A stretch of 64,000 nt of DNA, taken from positions 224,001-288,000 of the forward strand of contig CAWHAE010000008.1 in NCBI GenBank assembly GCA_963827235.1. Direction: 5' to 3'. This DNA comes from an uncultured bacterium. GTDB taxonomy: Bacteria > Chloroflexota > UBA5177 > JANWHV01. The notes below the pieces were generated by a model. It did no database searches. It worked only from the letters and a program-made list of their open reading frames with translations, and was not told the DNA's origin. The position numbers and the translations under genes are program-made. Every line of letters begins with the position of its first letter. Positions within the stretch are counted from its first letter, which is position 1. Below, piece by piece: positions 19,084 through 29,184 of this stretch.

Positions 19084-20121
19084 TTGCGCCTTACCGAGCG
19101 ATACGTCTGCGTCCGACCGGCGTGCATTCTGGCATGGATCACTGGCGCACTCGGCGACACGCTGCTCTCATTTCCCGCATTGCAGGCGCTACGTGTTTGG
19201 GCGCCCAATGCCGAGATTGTCGCGATCGGCCGCCGCGAGTACCTGGGACTCGGGGTGGATCTCGGCATAGTCGATCGCGTTGAGGACAGCGACGGCCCAC
19301 TGGCGACCTCGCTCTTTGGCGCAGCCCGGCGCGCCAGCAGCCTCCCGTATCAGCTCGCCGTCGTATGGAGCAGCGTGTTCGCCGAGCTCGAGGCGGCTCT
19401 GCTGGAGCGCGGTGTCGACACCGTGATCGCCTCGTTTCCGCGTGGCGGGCACGGCATGCATCAATCCGACTATCTGGTGTCGTGCCTCGCGCCGCTGGCC
19501 ATCGAGCGAAGCAATCGGCTGCCTCGCTGGCGGCCGCCCTGCCGCCCTGCCGCTGGCGATGCGATCTTGCCCAGCCCACTGGCCCGCTCGGTGCTCATCC
19601 ACGCCGGCGCCGGCGCGTCGTGGAAACGATGGCCGTTGCACTCGTGCCTCGTGCTGGCAGCCAAGCTTCGCGCCGCGGGCCATTCTGTCTGCTGGAGCTG
19701 CGGTGAAGCGGACGCCGGCCTGCGCGAGCGCATCACCGCGAGCGAGCCGCCCGCCGATCTGCTGCCGGAGCTAACGGTGCGGGAGCTTGCTTCGGTCGTG
19801 TCCCGTAGCCGCCTCGTGGTGTCGGCAGACACCGGCATAGCCCATCTCGCAGCGCTCTGCGGGACACCGTCGCTCACCCTCTTCGGGCCCACTGACGCCA
19901 GGCGCTGGCAGCCGCTGGGCCCCCTTGCCGGCCTGATCGAGGCGCCGGACCTGTGCGGCGGCAGTTGGCTTTGTTCCGTGCCTCCATCCGACCGCGCGCC
20001 GGAGCCCCGCATGCGACGCTGCGCTCCGGCTAGCGCCCTGAGCTGCGCCTGCCTGGCAGCAGTGCCCCCTGAGACGGTCCTGGATCGATGTCTGGCGGTG
20101 CTCACCGCCCAGGGCACCTGA
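19084..20121 (+). CDS. Glycosyltransferase family 9 (heptosyltransferase-like)
   Basis: GALGDTLL, HAGAGASWKRWP, VSADTGIAHLAA, LFGPTD...WQP. Confidence 0.88.
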   Translation: MRLTERYVCVRPACILAWITGALGDTLLSFPALQALRVWAPNAEIVAIGRREYLGLGVDLGIVDRVEDSDGPLATSLFGAARRASSLPYQLAVVWSSVFAELEAALLERGVDTVIASFPRGGHGMHQSDYLVSCLAPLAIERSNRLPRWRPPCRPAAGDAILPSPLARSVLIHAGAGASWKRWPLHSCLVLAAKLRAAGHSVCWSCGEADAGLRERITASEPPADLLPELTVRELASVVSRSRLVVSADTGIAHLAALCGTPSLTLFGPTDARRWQPLGPLAGLIEAPDLCGGSWLCSVPPSDRAPEPRMRRCAPASALSCACLAAVPPETVLDRCLAVLTAQGT

Positions 20122-20626
20122 ACGATCCGCCGCTGTCTGCCGGCGCAACTGTAAGGGCTTCGAGCGGTCCGTCCAGGTAGGCCGCAAAGGTCATGCGTAC
20201 AGCGTTTCCTGGCGACAGCAATACCCGCGCGCCGCAGTCGGACTGCGAGGCGACAGCATTTGGGATACGGACGCGGTAGCTGCTCTCGCCCACGCTCAGA
20301 TCCATCATCCCCATTGCCGGCTCGTAGTCCTCCACCCGGCCCATCAGCGCCAAGACTCGCGGCGGATCGGCTTTCACAGTGGCATGGTGTGCCGGCAGAC
20401 GCGTCGCCGTTAGGGCGGGGTGCGTCGCGGTCTGTGCCGCGGCAATGACTCCCGGCCGCCTATCGACCTGCAGCAACAGAATGCCCGCCGCGCAGGCAAA
20501 CGCCGCCAGCACGATTGCCCACGCGGTAGCCGAGGGCGTTCGCCGGCTTGACGGCGGAGCCGCCTGGGCAACGTTCGGTCTCGCCATGGCGCTCCTGGAT
20601 ACAGTTGACGAAATCACTTCCGCCAT
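20102..20626 (-). CDS. Membrane-anchored hypothetical protein
   Basis: Single TM (WAIVLAAFACAAGILLL) plus beta-rich C-terminus; 4 nt downstream of the rarA stop. Confidence 0.6.
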   Translation of the reverse strand: MAEVISSTVSRSAMARPNVAQAAPPSSRRTPSATAWAIVLAAFACAAGILLLQVDRRPGVIAAAQTATHPALTATRLPAHHATVKADPPRVLALMGRVEDYEPAMGMMDLSVGESSYRVRIPNAVASQSDCGARVLLSPGNAVRMTFAAYLDGPLEALTVAPADSGGSFRCPGR

Positions 20627-20630
20627 GCCC

Positions 20631-21974
20631 TCACTGCTCGCCCCTCTGGGTCTTCAGTCGCTCTTTGATTGTGCGCTCTTTGCCGCGGTCGGACGGCTCG
20701 TAGAATCGCGTTCCCGCGATATTGTCCGGCAGACCCTGCTGCTCGACATAGGCTCCCTCGAAATCGTGCGCGTACTTGTATCCCTCGGCGAAGCCGAGCT
20801 CCCGCATGAGCCTCGTGGGGGCGTTGCGCAAGTGCATCGGCACCGGATCATTCCGCGTCCGCGCCACGGCCTCGCAGGCTGCGCCGTAGGCCGTGTACAC
20901 GCTGTTGCTCTTCGCGGTCACGGCGAGATAGATCGCAGCCTGAGCCAGCGCCAGGTCGCCTTCCGGGCGGCCGATGAAGTGCACGGCCTGCTGCGCGGCC
21001 ATGGCCACCACCAGCGCCTGCGGATCGGCCATGCCGACGTCCTCCGAGGCGAAGCGAACCATGCGGCGCGCGATGTAGAGCGGATCCTCACCCGACTGCA
21101 GCATGCGCGCGAGCCAGTACAGCGCGCCGTCCGGATCGCTCCCGCGAAGCGTCTTGTGCAAGGCCGAGATCGTGTCATAATGCTGATCGCCGCCCTTGTC
21201 GTACAGGAGTGACCGCTGCTGGACGACGTCCTGGACCAGAGTCGTATCTATCTCGGCCAGGCCGCTGGAATTCGCGAACGTGTTGGAGCACAGCTCGAGT
21301 GCGTTCAGGGCCACGCGAGCGTCGCCGTTAGCCAGGTTGACCAGCTCGGACAGGGCATCCGGAGAAATGCTCAGACCGCGTCCACCGAGGCCTCGCTCGG
21401 CATCGTCAATGGCACGGCGCACGATGGTTGCGATGTCCTGATCGGGCAGCGCGCTCAACATGTAGACGCGGCATCGGGACAGCAGGGCGGCGATCACTTC
21501 GAAGGACGGGTTCTCGGTCGTGGCGCCGATCAGCCGGATCGTGCCGTCCTCGACGAAGGGCAGTATGGCATCCTGCTGTGCCTTGTTGAAGCGATGAATC
21601 TCGTCGATAAAGAGGAGCGTGCGCTGGCCCGAGAGCTGTAGCCGGTTGCGGGCCTCGTCGACGATTCGGCGCAGGTCGGCGACGCCGGCGGACACGGCGC
21701 TGACCTGTACGAATACCTGGCCTGTCGCTCCGGCCAATGCCCGGGCCAGGGTCGTCTTGCCGCTGCCTGGAGGCCCCCAAAAGATGAGCGATCCCGGGTC
21801 GCCGCCTTCGATGGCGCGTCGCAATGGACGCCCCTGCCCTAGCAGATCGCCGTGGCCGACTATCTCTTCCAGGTTGCGCGGGCGCATGCGGGCCGCCAAC
21901 GGCGTGGCAGCCTCGCGTGCTTCGCGGCCGGACGAAAACAAGGACTCCATCCTTCGCAGAGTACCACGACTCAT
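20631..21974 (-). CDS. rarA: Replication-associated recombination protein A (RarA/MgsA)
   Basis: [49 protein letters not shown]. Confidence 0.96.
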   Translation of the reverse strand: MSRGTLRRMESLFSSGREAREAATPLAARMRPRNLEEIVGHGDLLGQGRPLRRAIEGGDPGSLIFWGPPGSGKTTLARALAGATGQVFVQVSAVSAGVADLRRIVDEARNRLQLSGQRTLLFIDEIHRFNKAQQDAILPFVEDGTIRLIGATTENPSFEVIAALLSRCRVYMLSALPDQDIATIVRRAIDDAERGLGGRGLSISPDALSELVNLANGDARVALNALELCSNTFANSSGLAEIDTTLVQDVVQQRSLLYDKGGDQHYDTISALHKTLRGSDPDGALYWLARMLQSGEDPLYIARRMVRFASEDVGMADPQALVVAMAAQQAVHFIGRPEGDLALAQAAIYLAVTAKSNSVYTAYGAACEAVARTRNDPVPMHLRNAPTRLMRELGFAEGYKYAHDFEGAYVEQQGLPDNIAGTRFYEPSDRGKERTIKERLKTQRGEQ

Positions 21975-22137
21975 CCTTTACTGGGTCACCAGATGTGCGC
22001 ATGGGACGCACCGCACTCGTGGTGCACCTCGGCAGGGGCCGACGACTTGGGAATACCGCGCTCCCGGCCGGCTCGCCACGAACGGGGCATCCGTTCCCTC
22101 GTCTCCGTAACTGCCGGCCGGGACCTGAGCGAACGGT

Positions 22138-24978
22138 CTAGCCGGGTATCCCCTGGTCGGCCAGAGCGGCTCGCCCGTCCTTGCGAAGCAGCACCTGGTC
22201 GACCACGACTTTCACGTTCTTGGCAGCGGTCCACACGCTCCCGTGCGCCTCGGAGTGAAGACCCTTAGCCGAGCTCGCGGCCACGGTGACGATGGAATAG
22301 GCAGGCACCGCGTAGCTCGCCTGCAGAACCTGTCCATCCGCGCCGTAGAACGCCGCGGTGACGGTCGTGGCCGTGGCGCTCGGGTTGAAGATGTACTCGT
22401 TCTCGTTATAGAGCGAGGTATCGCCGCTAGCGAACGTCCATTGGCTGGCCGCGACCTGTCGCCCTTCTATGCTGGCACCCATGTGGCTACCCACGTTAGG
22501 CGAGCCGCCATAATACTGAGCCTCTTCGGCTACCACTGCAACGTCGCTGTGCAGGCGCACAGCTATCGGACTCATTATCGAGCTGGCCAGCAACGCGTCC
22601 ATCTGATAGGTGCCACGCTGGCCTGCGCCGACGGTGAGGCTCAGCGTACCGGTCAGGGCGCCTGTCGACGTGAACACCGTTGCCGTCAGGTGCGCGATCT
22701 GCGAGCCCGGGTTGACGACGCTGATGAATGACTGATCGCCGGAGACGATGGAGCCATATCCGAAGTACCAATCGGTGCCCGGACTGGAGATGCCCGGCTT
22801 CACCCCAGCGCCGAACTTGGCCGACCCCACGCCGTCCCCCCAATACTCCACGCGCTCGGCGACCACAGGCTGATCAGCTACAACGCTGGTGCTGAACGAC
22901 TGCCCCGGCAATACGCCGCGAAGGTTCAGCGTGTAGCGGCCAAAGGGAACGATTGTCGTCGGTACGGCCACCGGCGACCCAGTCAGCGGGTACAGAGTGA
23001 CCGTCATCGAGACGGGCTGCGAGAAGGGATTGAGCACGGTCAGGTAGGGCTGGAAAGTGACGCCACTGTAGCCCTCGGCAAAGTACCACGTGGACTGGGG
23101 CGACTGCTGGCCCGGACTGACGTCGGAATCCAGCGTCTTCTGCTGGGCGTTGGTGCGCGTGATCGTGCGCTCAGCGTAGATGGGCACCGTCGCCTTGACG
23201 ACTGCGCTTACGATCTTGTTGGAGCCGATGTCGCTGTTCACGTCCTCGGTGAGGACACTGTGGGGGCCGACCGATACCGGTACTGAGCGTGTGCTGCCGT
23301 CGGGAAGCTGGTAGGTAATCGTGCCCGTCGCGGCCGAGTCTTGTACGTTCAGCAGCGTGAGTGTCTCGTGGAAGAACACGTTAGGGCCCTGGCCTGTGAA
23401 GCCCTCGGCAAAGTACCACTGGTTGCTGGGGCGCAGGGCGACGTTGACGGAGACGGCCCGCACGACGTTCGACCGCATACCGTGAGCCTGCAGCGTGTAG
23501 GTGCCGGGCGCTATGCCGAGCGGCAGCACGATCGTGGAGGTGAAGGCGCCCGTGGCATCCGTCACCGGGGAAGGACCCTGGACGCTGAGCACAGTACCGC
23601 TAATAGAGAACGTGATCTGCTCGCTGCCGCCAAAGCCCTGACCCGATGCCGTGAGGAAGGTGCCCGGCGCCGCGTCGGTCGGGCTTACTGCGAACGCCGG
23701 CGGAATCTGCGCGCCCAGAACGTAGGTCGTGGTGGCGCTGTCGCCGCCGGTGCCACTGATGGACAGGGTGTACGGCGTGCCTGCCTGCAGCGTGGAGAGT
23801 AACGTCACGGTAGCGGTGAACGTACCGGTCGAATCCGGTACGCCGATCGTGCCCACCGGGGGCTTGAACAGTCGCGTGGTGACGAACAGGTTCTCACGCG
23901 GCACAAAGCCGGTGCCCACGATGGTCACCTGCGACCCCGGCACGGCGTGCTGGGGCATAATGGTCAGCGTGGCGTTTGCCGCGAACGTGATCGTTCCGAT
24001 TGCCGTGGCGCCACTCGTGACTCCGTGGGCGGTAATCGTGCCTCCTCGCGTGGGATCGGCTTGGTGTGGGATGCTCACCGCCGCGGTGGCAGTGCCCGAG
24101 CTGTCGGCGTCCGCGGGTACGTTGATCAGGGCATAGGAGCCGAGGCCCGTATCGTAGTATTTCAGAGCGAAGGTCACGGGCTCGTTCGCCTGGAAACCGT
24201 TGGCCTCGGCGGTGACCGTCGTGCCCACCGGAGCGGGATTCGGTGCGATACCGACCGTACCCGGCGACGCAAGCACATCGAGCGTGGTGGAGGCGGAGTC
24301 GGTTACTCCGGCCCCGATTGCACTGCCCTTGACGACCAGCAGCTGCCTGCCGGGCTGCGAAGCCAGCGGTAGTGCTATGGACAGCGCCAGCTTGCCGTCC
24401 GCGTCGGCAATGGAGCTGGTGACGGAACCGTCGGGAAGCGACCGGCCACCCAGGGTCACCTGTACGACGTCCGTGGGAGCGAATCCTGAGCAGTGAACCG
24501 TCATCGTGCGGCCGGCGGTCCCTACGAGCGTTCCGCCGCTGCCGACGTTCGGATGCAGGGCAGTGCCCGTGATGAGCTGGGTGGCACCCAGGCCCGACTT
24601 GCCGATCTCCGTGGCGACGACCTGATCGACGCCCTGCGCATCCACACTGAACGGCAGAGTGACTGCCGCCCCGACCGGCCCTCCCACGTTGCCGCTCGCA
24701 TCGGTTGTCAGGTTGGCGACCAAGACGGTGCCGGCGGTCGTCGTCACCGATACTCCGACCGTCACCTGGTTTGCGGCCGTGCTGGGATCAAATCCGGCAC
24801 CTCGCACCTGGATGACGCCGTGCGGCAGGACGGCCGTGGGAGTGACGGCAAGCGTGGGTGCCGTAACGCGCGCGCGGGAGGCAGAGGCCGGTACCGGAGC
24901 GCATATCGCAGCGAGCAGCACACTGGCGGTGATAGCGATGGATATCGTGGTGTTCACACAGCGGCGTCTTCTATTCAC
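22138..24978 (-). CDS. Large secreted/surface protein with N-terminal Ig-like repeats and C-terminal WYFAEG repeats
   Basis: Signal peptide ending ASA; repeated GxGFxPxE units; WYFAEG twice plus WYFGYG and WTFASG; Thr/Val/Ser rich. Confidence 0.85.
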   Translation of the reverse strand: MNRRRRCVNTTISIAITASVLLAAICAPVPASASRARVTAPTLAVTPTAVLPHGVIQVRGAGFDPSTAANQVTVGVSVTTTAGTVLVANLTTDASGNVGGPVGAAVTLPFSVDAQGVDQVVATEIGKSGLGATQLITGTALHPNVGSGGTLVGTAGRTMTVHCSGFAPTDVVQVTLGGRSLPDGSVTSSIADADGKLALSIALPLASQPGRQLLVVKGSAIGAGVTDSASTTLDVLASPGTVGIAPNPAPVGTTVTAEANGFQANEPVTFALKYYDTGLGSYALINVPADADSSGTATAAVSIPHQADPTRGGTITAHGVTSGATAIGTITFAANATLTIMPQHAVPGSQVTIVGTGFVPRENLFVTTRLFKPPVGTIGVPDSTGTFTATVTLLSTLQAGTPYTLSISGTGGDSATTTYVLGAQIPPAFAVSPTDAAPGTFLTASGQGFGGSEQITFSISGTVLSVQGPSPVTDATGAFTSTIVLPLGIAPGTYTLQAHGMRSNVVRAVSVNVALRPSNQWYFAEGFTGQGPNVFFHETLTLLNVQDSAATGTITYQLPDGSTRSVPVSVGPHSVLTEDVNSDIGSNKIVSAVVKATVPIYAERTITRTNAQQKTLDSDVSPGQQSPQSTWYFAEGYSGVTFQPYLTVLNPFSQPVSMTVTLYPLTGSPVAVPTTIVPFGRYTLNLRGVLPGQSFSTSVVADQPVVAERVEYWGDGVGSAKFGAGVKPGISSPGTDWYFGYGSIVSGDQSFISVVNPGSQIAHLTATVFTSTGALTGTLSLTVGAGQRGTYQMDALLASSIMSPIAVRLHSDVAVVAEEAQYYGGSPNVGSHMGASIEGRQVAASQWTFASGDTSLYNENEYIFNPSATATTVTAAFYGADGQVLQASYAVPAYSIVTVAASSAKGLHSEAHGSVWTAAKNVKVVVDQVLLRKDGRAALADQGIPG

Positions 24979-25147
24979 GTTCTTTCCCTACACTAATGGA
25001 GTTGCACCCTGGTGAGTCGCAGTGAGGGTCACGCCTCTGGGTGTACCCGACCCGCTGGTACCATGGCAACGTACGCGCCGCGGCGGAAGTCCAGCCTGCT
25101 GTGCGGTTCGCGGGAGTAGCCGGCCTCCGCCCTGCTAGGAGTGTAAT

Positions 25148-26566
25148 ATGGCAGCAGCCTCGGGTGTTGAGTACCTTCGGACATTCCCCGATTTTGAGCA
25201 AGGAAATGTGAGCGCCAGCGAGGCGCTTGGGCTCACGCGAGTTCTTGCGCTCCTGGAGGAGCTGGGCTCGCCCCACCTCAGGCTGCCGGTGGCTCACGTC
25301 GCCGGAACGAAAGGAAAGGGATCCACCTCGGCTTCGCTTGCCTCGATAGCAGCCGCCGCCGGCTACCGCACGGGTCTGTTCACGCAACCTCACCTTCTGC
25401 GCATCAACGAGCGTTTCAGCGTGAACGGCAAACTGCTTGACGATGTCACCTTGTCGGAAATAGCGCTCGGGCAAATACAACCGGCGGTCGACCGGCTTGC
25501 TCTCCGCGGTATCACCGGTATCCAACAATTCGAGGCTCAGGTGGCCCTGGCAATGCTCTGGTTCGAAGCTCTGCACGTTGACCTGGTCGTGCTCGAGGTT
25601 GGCCTGGGCGGCAGGCTGGATGCCACGAACGTCGTGCCGCGACCGCTGGTGACTATCCTGACCAGCATCGGATTCGATCACACGGCTATTCTCGGTTCCA
25701 CTCTGCCGCTGATCGCTGCCGAAAAGGCCGCAATCGTCAAGCCGCGCGTTCCAGCCGTGGCTTCGCCGCAGTCTGACGAGGTCGTGAGCGTGTTTGAGGA
25801 CCGGTGCAGACTGATGGAGGCGCCACTGCTGCTTGGAGACCGCGACTGGCGGCTGCCCTCGGTGTCGACCGGATTGACCGGCACCGACTTTGACCTCGAG
25901 ATCGGCGGTGCCGATGCTCAACACTCGAAGCGATTCGCCGCCCTACTAGGCGACGCCGGTCACTCACCTGTTGCGCGAAGATGGCGATTGTCTGGGCTGC
26001 GAACGCCGCTGCGAGGAGTTTACCAGGCCTGGAACGCGGCGGCCGCGACCGTGGCAGCGCTTGTGATCGCGACCCGGCTAACCCGCATCGACGAGCAGGC
26101 AATCAGGATCGGACTGGCGGCCACCGCCTGGCCCGGCCGGCTACAGACGATATCGGCTGAGCCAACTGTAGTCGTCGACGGAGCGCATACGCCCGAATCG
26201 GCGACGGTGCTCGCCGCCGCCATTACAGAGCTGTATCCCGGCAGGCGAATCGCTCTCGTATGCGGCATCCAGGCGGACAAGGATATTCCGGGCATCGCCG
26301 CGCCGCTGGCGCGGCTGGCCGCCGTGGTCGTGGCGACCGCCGCGCATCATCGGCGGGCTGCCGACCCGACCGTGATAGCACGCGCTTTCCGGGATGCCGG
26401 ACATCGCGAAGTGTCCGAGGAGACCGAGCCGATGGGCGCTCTTGCTTGGGCCAAAGAAGCGACCGGCATTGCGGGTGTGGTGCTGGTGACCGGATCGCTC
26501 TATCTGGTGGGAGAGATCCTGGCCGGAACCGCCACGGATCCCTGGGCGGCGATCAGCGAGACATGA
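25148..26566 (+). CDS. folC: Folylpolyglutamate synthase/dihydrofolate synthase
   Basis: HVAGTKGKGST, EVGLGGRLDATN, WPGRLQ, DGAHT, TGSLYLVG. Confidence 0.95.
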   Translation: MAAASGVEYLRTFPDFEQGNVSASEALGLTRVLALLEELGSPHLRLPVAHVAGTKGKGSTSASLASIAAAAGYRTGLFTQPHLLRINERFSVNGKLLDDVTLSEIALGQIQPAVDRLALRGITGIQQFEAQVALAMLWFEALHVDLVVLEVGLGGRLDATNVVPRPLVTILTSIGFDHTAILGSTLPLIAAEKAAIVKPRVPAVASPQSDEVVSVFEDRCRLMEAPLLLGDRDWRLPSVSTGLTGTDFDLEIGGADAQHSKRFAALLGDAGHSPVARRWRLSGLRTPLRGVYQAWNAAAATVAALVIATRLTRIDEQAIRIGLAATAWPGRLQTISAEPTVVVDGAHTPESATVLAAAITELYPGRRIALVCGIQADKDIPGIAAPLARLAAVVVATAAHHRRAADPTVIARAFRDAGHREVSEETEPMGALAWAKEATGIAGVVLVTGSLYLVGEILAGTATDPWAAISET

Positions 26567-27501
26567 GCGACACTCCGCTTCTCGTAATCTGCGGCCCAAC
26601 TGCTAGCGGCAAGACCGCCTTGGCTATCGAGCTTGCTCTTGCGTTCGGCGGCGAGATCGTCAATGCCGATTCCCGTCAGGTCTACCGTGGCATGGATATC
26701 GGCACGGCGAAGCCTTCGCCTTCCGATCGAGCCTGCGTACCTCATCACTTGCTTGACGTTGTCAATCCGGACGAGCAGTTCTCGCTAGCTCTCTACGCGA
26801 CACAGGCTCGCGCCGCCGTCGCGTCCATCCATGCGCGAGGGAAATTGCCGGTACTCGCGGGTGGTACCGGGCTCTATGTGCGCGCGATCAGCCAGGGCTT
26901 CGATATTCCGGAGGTGGCGCCAAATCTGGAGTTGCGCTCGCGTCTGGAAGCCGAAGTCGCGGTCCACGGTGCGTTGGTCCTGGCAGAGCGTTTAGCGGCC
27001 GTGGATCCGGTGAGCGCGAAGCGAATCGATCCCAAGAACGTCCGGCGGGTCATTCGAGCGTTGGAGGTCTCGGAGGCGCTAGGAGAGCCCTTCTCCGCCC
27101 TTCAGCGTCATGCCTCCCCCTATGAAGTGCTCACGCTCATGCTCTGCGGAGAGCGCCCGTTGCTCTTCTCGCGGGCCGATGCACGGCTCGCCGTGATGGT
27201 GCGCGACGGTTTCGTTGCCGAAGTGGCAGGGCTGCTCGATGCCGGCTATGATCCGGAGCTGCCATCCATGTCGGCGCTTGGCTATCGCGAGCTGGCCCGG
27301 CACGTGCAAGGCCACTGCACGCTGGACGAGGCCCTGGAAACCACTCGGCACAACACGTACGCCTTCATCAAGCGCCAACTCACGTGGTTTCGGACCGATA
27401 CGGGCGCTCGTCGACTGGACGCTTCGGCGCAGGACGCGGACGCTACCGCTCGAGCCATCACTGCCGTGTGGCTGACTTCCACGATCGGTAGGCAACTCTG
27501 A
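26563..27501 (+). CDS. miaA: tRNA dimethylallyltransferase
   Basis: GPTASGKT, ADSRQVYRGMDIGTAK, GGTGLY, KRQLTWFR; ATGA overlap with folC. Confidence 0.96.
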   Translation: MSDTPLLVICGPTASGKTALAIELALAFGGEIVNADSRQVYRGMDIGTAKPSPSDRACVPHHLLDVVNPDEQFSLALYATQARAAVASIHARGKLPVLAGGTGLYVRAISQGFDIPEVAPNLELRSRLEAEVAVHGALVLAERLAAVDPVSAKRIDPKNVRRVIRALEVSEALGEPFSALQRHASPYEVLTLMLCGERPLLFSRADARLAVMVRDGFVAEVAGLLDAGYDPELPSMSALGYRELARHVQGHCTLDEALETTRHNTYAFIKRQLTWFRTDTGARRLDASAQDADATARAITAVWLTSTIGRQL

Positions 27502-29111
27502 TGGCCCTGTCTAACTCCAAGCGTGCGAAGGTCTGTCCGGCTCTGCCGGCGGCGGTGGCCTTCGCACTACTCTGCCTGTATCTACTCACCTTTGCGGGAA
27601 GTGTCTCGCCGCAGTCCAGCGATGGCCGGGCCATGTACCTCGTGACAAGAGCCTTGGTCGACCGGCGTGAGATCGACATTCAGCCTGCACTGCCCAGTTT
27701 GGTCGCCGTGGCGCCTGGTTGGCGCACGATACCGATACCAGAGTCGGCTTGCCCAACAGAGCCGGCGGTAATTGGTATTGGTGAGCAGGCCGGAGGGCCC
27801 TTCTACAGCAAGTACGGCATCGGCCAGTCGCTTGCCGCGGCACCTCTTTACTTCGCCGGGCTGCAAATTGCTCGCCTGGTGCCGCCGGCGGTTCACGACG
27901 AAACCGCGGCGCTCGTTACCAGCGCCTACACGTCGCTCGTGACCGCGGCCACAGCCGCGCTGATCTGTGCCCTGGCCTTGCGGCTGGGCTGGTCGCGCCG
28001 CGTGTCCCTGGGTCTGTCCGCACTCTTCGGCGTGGCCACGCCTGCTTGGGCGTACACGACCAGCTTTTTCAGTGAGCCGACACTCGGTCTGTGCCTGCTG
28101 GGCGCTCTTGCAGCGGTGCTCTGGGAGCCCGAGCCAGATACTCCTGCCGCCGTGCTAGTGGCCGGTTGCTGCCTTGGTATGGCCCTACTCACGCACGCGG
28201 CCGACAGCGTCTTCTACGTTCCTCTCGTCTTGCTGTACCTGGCCGCGAGAAGTCGTCCGGATCGGAGGGCCTTCTCGATAATCGTGCTGCTCGTGCCGGT
28301 GGTGGTCGCAGTAGCGATCACGGGTTGGTACGACGCCGCGCGGTTCGGCTCGCCTTCCACGAGCGGCTACGGCATCGTGGGCGACGTCCACGATCTGCAC
28401 CCGCCTCACTCGCTAAAGGCTCTCTGGGAGGGCATCTACGGCCCGCTGTTGAGCCCGGGAAAGGGGCTGTTCTGGTACGCGCCGGTCCTTCTGCTCCTGC
28501 CATGGGCCATTCCACGCTTCGGCAGGCAGGTTAGTGGTCCGGCCGCCTGGCTGGTGACCGGCTTGCTTGCCGTCGCCGTGCTGACCCATGCCAACACGCT
28601 CATCGTATGGCTGGGAGGTTGGGCGTGGGGGCCCCGGTTCGTCGTTCCTGCTATACCGGTGCTTGTAGTGCCACTGGGCTCACTGCTCGACGGCGTTGGG
28701 CGAGGGGCGCGTCGCATGGCGTGGCTGCTCGGCGGCCTGGGCGCCCTGATCCAGGTGCCGGCCGTGCTTTTGGACAAGAACGCCTACATCGCGTACGTGG
28801 CAAAGGGTCGGTGTATCTGGGACGCCGAGGACCTCTACAAGTGGCACCCGGCCTATTCGCCGCTGATCGGCCAGTGGGGTCGACTCTTCGATGCGGCGAC
28901 TTACTCGACGCGCAGCTCACCTGGCCGCGGACCCAATGCCTTCGATATTGCCAACGGCATCTTCGTGCCGTCACCGCATCCATGGTGGTCCCTGCTGGCC
29001 AACCAGGGCGCCAGCCCGCTGGCGCTCGCTCTGCCGGCGGCCGGCCTGACCGTGGCCGCCATCATCGCCTTTGTTGCCTCGTTGCGTATAGCGGGAGCCC
29101 CAGACGAGTAA
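27501..29111 (+). CDS. GT-C-type integral membrane glycosyltransferase
   Basis: Multi-TM; SSDG after TM1, YSKYGIGQS, FFSEP, SPGKGLFWYAP, WGPRF; TGATG coupling to miaA. Confidence 0.75.
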   Translation: MALSNSKRAKVCPALPAAVAFALLCLYLLTFAGSVSPQSSDGRAMYLVTRALVDRREIDIQPALPSLVAVAPGWRTIPIPESACPTEPAVIGIGEQAGGPFYSKYGIGQSLAAAPLYFAGLQIARLVPPAVHDETAALVTSAYTSLVTAATAALICALALRLGWSRRVSLGLSALFGVATPAWAYTTSFFSEPTLGLCLLGALAAVLWEPEPDTPAAVLVAGCCLGMALLTHAADSVFYVPLVLLYLAARSRPDRRAFSIIVLLVPVVVAVAITGWYDAARFGSPSTSGYGIVGDVHDLHPPHSLKALWEGIYGPLLSPGKGLFWYAPVLLLLPWAIPRFGRQVSGPAAWLVTGLLAVAVLTHANTLIVWLGGWAWGPRFVVPAIPVLVVPLGSLLDGVGRGARRMAWLLGGLGALIQVPAVLLDKNAYIAYVAKGRCIWDAEDLYKWHPAYSPLIGQWGRLFDAATYSTRSSPGRGPNAFDIANGIFVPSPHPWWSLLANQGASPLALALPAAGLTVAAIIAFVASLRIAGAPDE

Positions 29112-29184
29112 GAGAAAGCCAGGCTGACCTGTCCCCGGTTCTCGCAACGGGCACCACGCGGCGCGGGCGCGGCATGAGCCCGGC

